Source of the DNA: an uncultured bacterium
Lineage (GTDB): Bacteria > UBA8248 > JACPRG01 > G963555815
Length of the DNA: 63,312 nucleotides
Reading direction: 5' to 3'
Assembly: GCA_964423875.1 (NCBI GenBank)
Contig: CAYRGS010000001.1
Location: 2,704 to 66,015, forward strand
The translations under genes were made by a program, and so were the position numbers. The notes under the pieces are model-generated. The model was not told the origin of the DNA. It did no database searches and worked only from the letters and a program-made list of their open reading frames with translations. Shown piece after piece: positions 51,950-59,198 of this stretch (within the stretch, counting starts at the first letter, position 1; every line of letters begins with the position of its first letter).

Positions 51950-53227
51950 TCAGCCCGCCCCGGCCTCTCGATTACAGATATCCATCGCCACACGGGCATA
52001 GGCCCTGGCGGCTTTCCACAGGTCGTCCGCGTGAATGGCCATCCGCAATTTCCCCTCGGTGAGGTCCATGCCGAAGGAAGGTCCATACGTGGCCGCCGGG
52101 ATTTGGACCTCGTTGAAGATGTTCATGTCGCGCCACATGCTGGTGATGGGCGGGGGGACGGTCTTCATGGGTTCGCCCACGACCTGGTCGTGGGCCCGCC
52201 GGATGGCCTCGACCAACGGTTCGTGCCCCTTCGCGATGTATCCCCTGCGCGTCATGTAGGGACGAACCTCGGCCTCGACGCCCGTCTCGGCGATGACTCG
52301 CTCGATCTCCGGCTGGACGAACAGGGGGTCCTTCCCGGGAGGGATCCGGACGTCCAGATAGAGACTGCACCGGCCCGCGGTATTGGCGAGCTTGGTCGGG
52401 ACCCCGGCCCGGATGGCGCCCATGCACGCGTTGGGCCGGATGAGGCCCCCCTCGAATTCCATGCTTTCGCGCTCGATGTATTCGTTCGCCCAGCTCTCCA
52501 GGGCGTTGACGACCCGGGCTATCCGGACGATGGCGTTGGGGTTGTCGGCGAAGGTGGTGGGCCGGGGAATGGTGGGGGTGTAGTACGCCGTGCCCCGGAC
52601 GGTGATCTGAAAGTACGTGCACCCGCACTGGGCCCAGGTTGTGGAGAAGTCGGTGCACTCGGCCACCAAGGCGTAGTCGGCGAAGACGCCGTGGTCCACC
52701 AGCCGGCGCGCTCCCACCCCCTTTCCCACGTACCGGGAAGATTGGAACTCGTCCACCGGGGCCGAGCCGATCTCCCCGACCACGGCGGTGAGGTGGAGGT
52801 CGCCTTTGAGCCGCACGCCGCCGTCCCGGATGGCCCTGGCCGCCAGGAACGTGGCCGCGAGCGGCCCCTTGTCGTTCATCACCCCGTGGCCGAACAGGAG
52901 GTCGCCTTCTCTCCAGGCCCGTGTGTACTCTGGCAGGATATCCCCGGCGGACCAGAAGTCGTCCGCCCCCCCGTACTTGGTGTCCATGTGGGCGTTGAAG
53001 ATGAGGGAAGCGCCCCCGCCCGTTCCCTTGAGCAAGGCGGCCACGTTGAACCGCCCGGGGGCGACCGTTATCTTCCGGGGATCGAATCCGTTTTCCGTCA
53101 GCCAGCCGAAGACCTCCTCGCCCATGGCCTCTTCGCTCCCGGTCGGGCTCGGGATGTTCGCCAGACGCAAAGCCAGCTCCGCGAGTTCTTGCCGGTCGAT
53201 GCCGGCCAGAACCGTATCGATGTTCAT
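51950..53227 (-). CDS. M20-family metallo-amidohydrolase (ArgE/DapE/ACY1-like)
   Basis: ATG 53227 with GGAAGGG RBS (track start TTG 53242). IPSPTGSEEAM...ASLIFNAHMDT is typical of M20 metal-binding regions; 425 aa. Confidence 0.8.
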   Translation of the reverse strand: MNIDTVLAGIDRQELAELALRLANIPSPTGSEEAMGEEVFGWLTENGFDPRKITVAPGRFNVAALLKGTGGGASLIFNAHMDTKYGGADDFWSAGDILPEYTRAWREGDLLFGHGVMNDKGPLAATFLAARAIRDGGVRLKGDLHLTAVVGEIGSAPVDEFQSSRYVGKGVGARRLVDHGVFADYALVAECTDFSTTWAQCGCTYFQITVRGTAYYTPTIPRPTTFADNPNAIVRIARVVNALESWANEYIERESMEFEGGLIRPNACMGAIRAGVPTKLANTAGRCSLYLDVRIPPGKDPLFVQPEIERVIAETGVEAEVRPYMTRRGYIAKGHEPLVEAIRRAHDQVVGEPMKTVPPPITSMWRDMNIFNEVQIPAATYGPSFGMDLTEGKLRMAIHADDLWKAARAYARVAMDICNREAGAG

Positions 53228-53303
53228 CCGATTCCCTTCCAATCGGCGGGCGCTCGTATCCGGCCTTGGTGTTGGAATGGCGGAGAGCTTCCCGGACTCT
53301 ATC

Positions 53304-53426
53304 TTACGGCTTGATCCCCGGGAGAAACTCGTTCGTGTAAATGTTCTCGACGGGAACGCGCGTCTTCAGCTTGAACAGTTTGGCGATCAGGTCCCTGGAA
53401 TTCTCCGTCCCGGACTGCCGAGTGGC
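53304..53426 (-). pseudogene. Possible remnant of a solute-binding protein C-terminus fused in frame after the EamA stop
   Basis: The 40 codons after the EamA TAA, in the same frame, read ATRQSGTENSRDLIAKLFKLKTRVPVENIYTNEFLPGIKP then stop. The ending resembles C-termini of NMT1/TauA-type binding proteins. This is a weak call from memory. Confidence 0.25.
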
Positions 53427-54296
53427 TTAATGCCCCAGGCCCGTGATAACGGCCGCACCGGCCACAATCAGGGCAGACCCGAGAAAGAGCCGGGCTGTGA
53501 CCTGCTCTTTTTCCCTCAGGAAGATCCAGGCGATCAACACCACAAGGAGAGGGAAGGTGTGGACCAGCGGAATGACGACGCTCACGTTGCCCAAACGAAG
53601 ACCCTCCATCAGCATGTAGAGGGCCAGGGCGATCCCCAGCATGTGAATGAAATATAAGGCCAACCCCTTGGGGTGGAGGGTCAGCCTGGAGCCCGCTGGC
53701 ATGACAGGAAGCACCAGGATGAGCGCCAGCACCGCCCCCAAATTTCCGATCGCCATACCCGTTGTCGATGATGGGATGTAAGCAAGCCCAATTTTCCTGA
53801 AGGTGTGCGATACAGCGAACATAATGGCCGCCAGCACGGCAAACGCATAGCCTGATTTATTGTCTGTGGCTCCTTTTTTTTCATAAGCGATTGCGCCCAC
53901 GCCGACGACTATGGTCAGGGTCCCCAGCCAAACCCAGGCATTCGGCCGTTCTCCCAGAAAAAGGATAGCCGCGGCGGCGCTGAATATGGGAGAGGTTCCC
54001 AAAACCGTTGCTGATCGGGCGACGCCGATTCGGGCGAAAGCCGCAAAATAGCAGATGACGGCGAAACCGGGGTCAAAGGCGCCTGAAGCGAAAAACCACC
54101 AGCCTCCAGCATTGAAGATGTCGGGGCGGGGGGAAATCGAAAGGGCCAGGAGTCCGAAAATGATGAGGTGGACGACGGCCTGCATCAGCGCCCCCGTATA
54201 CGGGGAGGCGTACCGTACCGCGATGCGCGCCGCGAATTCCGAACAGGCGAATGCCGTGGCAGAGTACAGGGCAAGGGAGACAGGCGTGTAGAACAT
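53427..54296 (-). CDS. EamA/DMT-family transporter
   Basis: 289 aa, ten predicted TM helices in two EamA-like halves. More AT-rich than the flanking DNA by eye. Contains an A8 run (EKKG codons, 53874-53881). Confidence 0.8.
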   Translation of the reverse strand: MFYTPVSLALYSATAFACSEFAARIAVRYASPYTGALMQAVVHLIIFGLLALSISPRPDIFNAGGWWFFASGAFDPGFAVICYFAAFARIGVARSATVLGTSPIFSAAAAILFLGERPNAWVWLGTLTIVVGVGAIAYEKKGATDNKSGYAFAVLAAIMFAVSHTFRKIGLAYIPSSTTGMAIGNLGAVLALILVLPVMPAGSRLTLHPKGLALYFIHMLGIALALYMLMEGLRLGNVSVVIPLVHTFPLLVVLIAWIFLREKEQVTARLFLGSALIVAGAAVITGLGH

Positions 54297-54471
54297 GAGG
54301 CGGCCGGAACTCCAGTCCTCCGGACGGGATCAAAAAAGATGCTGACCGGAATTTTCCCATTTCAAATCCGGACAGACCTGTACCGACCACTCGCTACTGT
54401 TTAGCACGATTAGATCACCCTCTACCGGACCTGTCAACCGGAGTTCGGGTGCCAGAAAGCCCGACCTGGGT

Positions 54472-54499
54472 GATTCTATGGACACCATACATAATTCTC
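54472..54499 (+). repeat. Copy A of a short repeated motif (GATTCT-NNGG-ACACCATAC-N-TAATT)
   Basis: gattctatggacaccatacataattctc. Compare copy C at 56109-56137, gattctggggacaccatacttaatttct. Confidence 0.6.
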
Positions 54500-54532
54500 G
54501 GCTTTTGGGTTGCGTCTCCATCTTGTCGGGGC

Positions 54533-54841
54533 ATGGCAAGAATCGCATGGTACGTCGAACTCAATCCGGTACGGGCTGAGGACCCCGGGACGTATCCATG
54601 GAGGGGCGCATATCTCAGGCAGAGGCAACGATCTGCTGAAGGCAAGCCCCTGCTTGAAAGGGTCGGGAATTGGAGGGACTTTCTTCTGGGTGGCGTATCC
54701 GAGGAGGAGATCGAGAGGATACAACGTTATGAGAGGACAGGCAGACCCTTGGGAATGACGGTTTTGTTGGGAAGCTTGAAGGGCCCTAGGGAGGCGCCGG
54801 AAAACTCCATCACGGATAATCGGAGAGGCATTGGGTCGTAG
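54533..54841 (+). pseudogene. C-terminal fragment of an IS200-like/RayT-type (Y1, COG1943) transposase
   Basis: ARIAWYVELNPVRAEDPGTYPWRGAYLRQ...TGRPLGMTVLLGSLKG matches the conserved ...YIHLNPVRAGLV..PEDYPWSSY...GRPLG C-terminal half. The N-terminal HUH/Tyr catalytic half is missing. Confidence 0.6.
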
Positions 54842-54883
54842 CCTGCAACGGCGGAGGCTAGGGCGAAAAAGGGGGCGCAAGCA

Positions 54884-54912
54884 GAAATGAGGATGGTGTC
54901 CCCCCGGATTAC
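54884..54912 (-). repeat. Copy B of the repeated motif, inverted relative to copy A
   Basis: The reverse complement reads gtaatccggggggacaccatcctcatttc. Together with copy A it brackets the RayT-like fragment (~440 bp). Confidence 0.5.
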
Positions 54913-54916
54913 CCAG

Positions 54917-54942
54917 AACGGACCATCCGCAAGGTCCGTTTT
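54917..54942 (+). terminator. Terminator-like hairpin
   Basis: AACGGACC-atccgcaa-GGTCCGTT (perfect 8-bp stem) followed by TT CGCT. It lies between the RayT-like fragment (+) and the DUF3568 gene (-). Confidence 0.4.
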
Positions 54943-55026
54943 CGCTATAGGTACAGCCTGTTGGAAATTTGCAGAGACTTGGGCGTAGCACTCTTCGCCT
55001 GTTGCTGATGGATTTCATCCAGACCG

Positions 55027-55614
55027 CTACGGTGCCATGAGGATCAGGGGGCTTTGCCTTGTTTTGTGGGGGCTTGCGTACGGCGCCATGAGGAGCAGGG
55101 AGCTTGAATATTTGCCGATTTCTGTTTCGGCCTTTGCAACCCGTCGCTCGATCACGGCGCCTGTCATCCGGATGATCTCCGCTGCGGTCGCGCGATCCTT
55201 CCGGAAAAATCCCCTCTTCGCGTTCACGCTGATCCGCGAGACACGGTCCGTGACTCGCTCGAGATCAACTTGTATATCAAGTTTGGGGGTGGCTGCCAAG
55301 ATGCGGAAGCCGGTTTCGGTCGGAACGGGCGTTTCAGGTTGAAAGGCCATCTCATCCAGCGCCTCGACAGAAGCAATCTTCAGCGTCGACAGACTCGTTG
55401 TAAAACTCCTATCGGCGATATTTTCAACCGAATACTCGAACCCCTTGAGCGTGCTGGTCGCGCCTCCGGCGAGAAGTGCGGCGCATCCGCCCGAGAAGAG
55501 CAAAGACATGGCCAGCAAACAGAACCGGAGTTCCCGTCCGGCTTTGAGGAACGGCGAGGACTTTCCTTCGATCATTCGGGTCCGCGCATTTTCCATAGGT
55601 GTAAACTGTCCCAT
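55027..55614 (-). CDS. DUF3568-like lipoprotein
   Basis: Lipobox LLFSGGC after a positively charged N-region. The alternative start ATG 55575 gives a normal-length signal peptide. The mature part resembles DUF3568 lipoproteins from memory. Confidence 0.55.
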   Translation of the reverse strand: MGQFTPMENARTRMIEGKSSPFLKAGRELRFCLLAMSLLFSGGCAALLAGGATSTLKGFEYSVENIADRSFTTSLSTLKIASVEALDEMAFQPETPVPTETGFRILAATPKLDIQVDLERVTDRVSRISVNAKRGFFRKDRATAAEIIRMTGAVIERRVAKAETEIGKYSSSLLLMAPYASPHKTRQSPLILMAP

Positions 55615-55877
55615 TTGATGAAGGCTGTCAGGAACATCTCATTTCTCGTGTCGAACAACATGAATCCGGGATTTCCCAGATGACGAGAGTTTAGCGATGC
55701 GGCGGTCCTCATGTGTCATCAAGGTGCTCATTTTACACTGATCCAGGGTCTCTTTGCAGAACCCTCTGCTCAATCGAGCGGCTACGGCCGGTTCAAAGCC
55801 GCAATCCCTTGAAGACCCAGCCCTACCGTCACGCTCACAGGAGATCGGCACAGACTTATTCCTCTGGCTCCGTCACG

Positions 55878-56099
55878 TCATTGGGTAGCCACCTTCGCAC
55901 CGAGTCTTAATCAGCTTTTCCCGAAGTGTCGCCAGCGACCGGTGCTTCACCGCTCTCGGCAATGCCAGCCTCCGCAGGAAATTGCCCAGGTTGTACGCCA
56001 AGGCAAACAGTTGCAGGCGAACCTGATTTTCTTCAAAGCCGTGGCAGGACAGGCGCGTCCAGTTCAGGACGTACTTGCCCTCCTTGATGTGGGAAATTC
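55878..56099 (-). pseudogene. Fragment of an IS1380-family (DDE group 1) transposase
   Basis: My translation of the minus strand is GISHIKEGKYVLNWTRLSCHGFEENQVRLQLFALAYNLGNFLRRLALPRAVKHRSLATLREKLIKTRCEGGYPMT*. The ...WTRLSCH.F..N.VRLQLFALAYNL.NFLR.LALP......SL.TLREKLIK pattern is the conserved C-terminal region of this family. It is N-terminally truncated at the palindrome, with frame decay beyond 55878. Confidence 0.7.
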
Positions 56100-56108
56100 C
56101 TACTGGGG

Positions 56109-56159
56109 GATTCTGGGGACACCATACTTAATTTCTTTTAAAATAAGTATGGTGTCCCC
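56109..56159. repeat. Copies C and D of the repeated motif, forming a near-perfect 45-nt palindrome
   Basis: GGGGACACCATACTTA (56115-56130), loop atttcttttaaaa, TAAGTATGGTGTCCCC (56144-56159): a perfect 16-bp stem. It sits exactly at the truncation point of the IS1380 fragment. Confidence 0.85.
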
Positions 56160-56191
56160 CCCCTCCGCGAAGGTCATTCCATCGATGATGT

Positions 56192-57541
56192 TCACTTTCC
56201 CCCCCGAAGCACCCGCCACATGATGGGCGGTTGGAACAGGCTCTTCCGGGGGGCCAACAGATTGGCAACTCTCAGAAACGCGCCATACACAACCGTATCG
56301 CGCTGTGTCGCCCGCTGTAATTTGGCCATGTAGGCATTTTTCAGATTGGTCCCGCGGGTCTTCCTGCCCTGGGTTTCCGGGAAATTGAAATCCTGGCCCG
56401 CCGCTAATGCCCACGCGAGGTCCACCACCTTGGCCGTCCGTTTGAAGAACAGCTTCCACAGCGTGTCCAACGGCCCGCGGCCGGTCAAGACCTCGTCCAG
56501 TACGGCCGCTTGCAGTGCGGCCGAGGCCATCGCTTGCGCATAGACCGGATTGAAACTGGCGATGGCGTCCCCCAGGACAAGATAACCGCCCGGGAATCGG
56601 GTTAATTTCTGATACTCGCGGCGCAGATTGGACGGGGTTTTGTGGTGGAAGAAATCGGTCAGGGGCTCAAGATGAGGGAGGATGTTGTAGATGTCCGGCG
56701 CGGCCAGGCCGCGGGCGAATTCGAGGAAACCCGCCTCGTCGGCCGGGGCGTGATCGCCTCCCCAGCCGACCAGCGATACGTTCCAGCGGTCATCCTCCAT
56801 CGGGACAAAGAGGCCGGCGCGCTTGGTGCCCGGCGGAGCGGCCGCGATGATGATCAACTCCGCGCCTACGAGATCACCGGGCCGGCGGCGGTAGATGCGC
56901 GTGGTGTAGCCAAGGCCGATCTTGACGGCGTTCTCCTCCGGGCCGGCGTAACCCAACGCCTCCAGCCATCTCAGTCCGGCGGACCCGCGACCCGTGGCGT
57001 CAATCACCAATTCGGCCGTCCACTCCTCTTCCCGGCTGTTCTCGCCCCGGCGGACGGTCCGCACCCCGGTGACGCGGCCGCCTTTGCCGCTCGAGAGCAG
57101 GGCCGTGACCGTGGAGCGGTCAACCGCGGAGACGTTGGGCAGGGAGAACACGCGGCGGCGAACCTCCCACTCGAGGAACGGCCGGCTCGCCAAGGCGAAA
57201 TACACGTCGCTCTTGAATTGCCGCCGGTAGCCGCCGGAAACGTGCCAGCGGATGGCGGTTCCCACATCTGTAATGGAGGCGCCGCCCTTGCGCAATGCGT
57301 CAGGCAGGTCGGGAAAGTACCGGGTCAGCACGTTGAGTCCGTTGGCCAGCACGGTGTGCGGGTGACGGACCTGGGGCTGTCCCTTGCGCGCTTCGGGCCG
57401 ATCATTCATTTCGTCGCGCTCGATGAGCGTGACCCGGTCGAAGTGATCGCTGAGAACCCGGGCCGCCAACAATCCAGCGAAACTGCCGCCGATCACGATG
57501 GCCTGCTGTCCGCGTTTGGCTCTTCTGTTGTTCACTTTCAT
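56192..57541 (-). CDS. FAD-dependent monooxygenase/oxidoreductase (group A flavoprotein-like)
   Basis: 449 aa. N-terminal dinucleotide fold (QAIVIGGSFAGLLAARVL), VIDATGRGS, and a second FAD motif region (GDAIASFNPVYAQAM). Substrate unknown. Confidence 0.8.
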   Translation of the reverse strand: MKVNNRRAKRGQQAIVIGGSFAGLLAARVLSDHFDRVTLIERDEMNDRPEARKGQPQVRHPHTVLANGLNVLTRYFPDLPDALRKGGASITDVGTAIRWHVSGGYRRQFKSDVYFALASRPFLEWEVRRRVFSLPNVSAVDRSTVTALLSSGKGGRVTGVRTVRRGENSREEEWTAELVIDATGRGSAGLRWLEALGYAGPEENAVKIGLGYTTRIYRRRPGDLVGAELIIIAAAPPGTKRAGLFVPMEDDRWNVSLVGWGGDHAPADEAGFLEFARGLAAPDIYNILPHLEPLTDFFHHKTPSNLRREYQKLTRFPGGYLVLGDAIASFNPVYAQAMASAALQAAVLDEVLTGRGPLDTLWKLFFKRTAKVVDLAWALAAGQDFNFPETQGRKTRGTNLKNAYMAKLQRATQRDTVVYGAFLRVANLLAPRKSLFQPPIMWRVLRGGK

Positions 57542-57832
57542 GCAATCCTCGGAAGAAACGGATTTTCAGTCGCCGCCTCCGGCGCTCCCCATCCCCTCAA
57601 AAGGCCTCTCGATCGCCCAGTGAGGCCGCTTCGGAAGGAGAAACCCTGGCGGGTCGTCGATGTTGTACAAGCCGCTGAGGAATGATTTCATCTTGATGTC
57701 GTCGGCCTCCACGATGATCTCCCGGGTCGACCGGAAAATTTCGTCCGTCCTTCAGCCCGGTCCCGAGCGCCTCCGGTCCGATGTGGGCCACAGGTCCGGC
57801 GCAAGGCCCCCATGGAGACCCGGGAGGTGAAT

Positions 57833-58636
57833 TCAGCCGGGGATCACGCGAAAATTCATCTCGATCGGGGGGGCTTCCCGCAAAGCGGCGTGGAGGTCCT
57901 CCTCCGTGTCGAAAGGGTGCCCGGGGATGCGGAGACCTTGGACGGAAGCCTCGAGCGAATCCCGGTTGAAGGGCCAGGGCGTCAGTTGGAGACACATCCC
58001 GGTCGGACCCGCCGGGTCGGCCCACTTGACGCCGATGTCGCCAAAGTAGTCTCCCCCCATGGGGACGCCCGCCATCCGGTCCAGGTGGGTCCAACCGTTG
58101 CACAGGATGAGCGAGAGCAAGTCCAGCACCGTCACGAACCGGCCGTTTCGGTGGACGGCTTCATTCGTCACCGCCCGCTCAAATCCCGGCTGATCTGTCA
58201 ATTCGCGGAAGATCTCCGCTTGCCTGGCTTCCAGTTTCGAGACATAGGCGTGGATTTTGGCTTCTTCTTCCGGCGCCAAACCGCGGAGACTTAGAACGAG
58301 CTCATACACGTTGATCGCGTGGCGATTGACCAGCGCGGCCGCGTAAGGGCGTCCCTTCTCGTAGGCCTTCTCCACCGTGCGGCGGAAGTTGTCGATGGTG
58401 ACTTCCAGAGGGGTTCTGTTGAAGTTGACCAAAAAATGGTCCGCGTCCAGGGTGGGTTTTTCCTCCCATTCCACCCAGCCTTCGTCGTGATCGTAAGTCG
58501 CCAGAAGAACTTCAGCCCAGGGTTCGGGGCGGACGAATTCACCGGCGCCCCAGTGCTCTGCCAGGGCGCCCGAGAGCCGGGCGTGCTCCGGCTGAGGGAT
58601 GAGAACGAAATCCCCTTCCCATTCTCTACGAATCAT
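57833..58636 (-). CDS. DUF3891-like protein of unknown function
   Basis: 267 aa: IPQPEHARLSGALAEHWG...ATYDHDEGW. Family assignment is from memory and no catalytic motif is recognised. Confidence 0.5.
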   Translation of the reverse strand: MIRREWEGDFVLIPQPEHARLSGALAEHWGAGEFVRPEPWAEVLLATYDHDEGWVEWEEKPTLDADHFLVNFNRTPLEVTIDNFRRTVEKAYEKGRPYAAALVNRHAINVYELVLSLRGLAPEEEAKIHAYVSKLEARQAEIFRELTDQPGFERAVTNEAVHRNGRFVTVLDLLSLILCNGWTHLDRMAGVPMGGDYFGDIGVKWADPAGPTGMCLQLTPWPFNRDSLEASVQGLRIPGHPFDTEEDLHAALREAPPIEMNFRVIPG

Positions 58637-59160
58637 GGAATGTCTCCCTTTCTTGCGGCCCCCGCCGCCTCGCCGCGCCCGGAGAGACCGGTCTCAGGCG
58701 GTTCCAAGGCGAGCCTTCAAGACCAAACCGGGGGTTGGCCTCTCCAGAATTATTTCCCATTTCATCCCGCGGCGATGCCTTTTCGAGCCCCATCGCCGAT
58801 TAAACACATTGAACCTATCCCAATGTCCCAGTCAACAGCCTCTCGAAGCCCGCATAAGGGCGGGTCGACCGCCATTCGCTATGAACAATACGCTGTTTTC
58901 CCTATGAAGCCGGTCCATTGGATCATAACGGATGCCTGGTATTTTTTCGATCTTTGAACGAATTGACGTTATGATTTCAAAAGAGGTTCGCTCTGACGAA
59001 GGCGGCGGCCTCGCGAAGCCGCGGAATCCTGAACCGTGAACGGCGTTTTTCTACGATGGGAGAATGAATGCGAGCGTTCCATCGGCCGGGTGAACGTTGC
59101 CCGGTCCGGGCTTCATCTGCATCACGGGACCTTCCGAACGCGATTTCCGAGATGGGCGAG

Positions 59161-59184
59161 AGGCGCCCCCGGCGCCTTCTTTGT
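59161..59184 (+). terminator. Terminator/attenuator-like hairpin 15 nt upstream of the RBS of the molybdo-hydroxylase gene
   Basis: aGGCGCC-ccc-GGCGCCt followed by TCTTTGT, at the end of a 560-nt non-coding region. A 3-nt loop is tight, so the call is tentative. Confidence 0.35.
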
Positions 59185-59198
59185 GCGGGAGAGGAACG

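Noticed and set aside
51926-53314. 462-aa + strand ORF opposite the M20 amidohydrolase
   Set aside because: It is a shadow ORF. The minus-strand translation carries M20-type motifs and a good RBS, whereas this frame is Gly/Pro/Arg/Asp-rich noise.
58950-59198. Moco riboswitch upstream of the Mo-hydroxylase
   Set aside because: A CCGAG element and hairpins are present. I could not reproduce the conserved Moco-motif core or its multi-stem architecture by eye. It is kept only as an unclassified structured leader pending a covariance-model scan.
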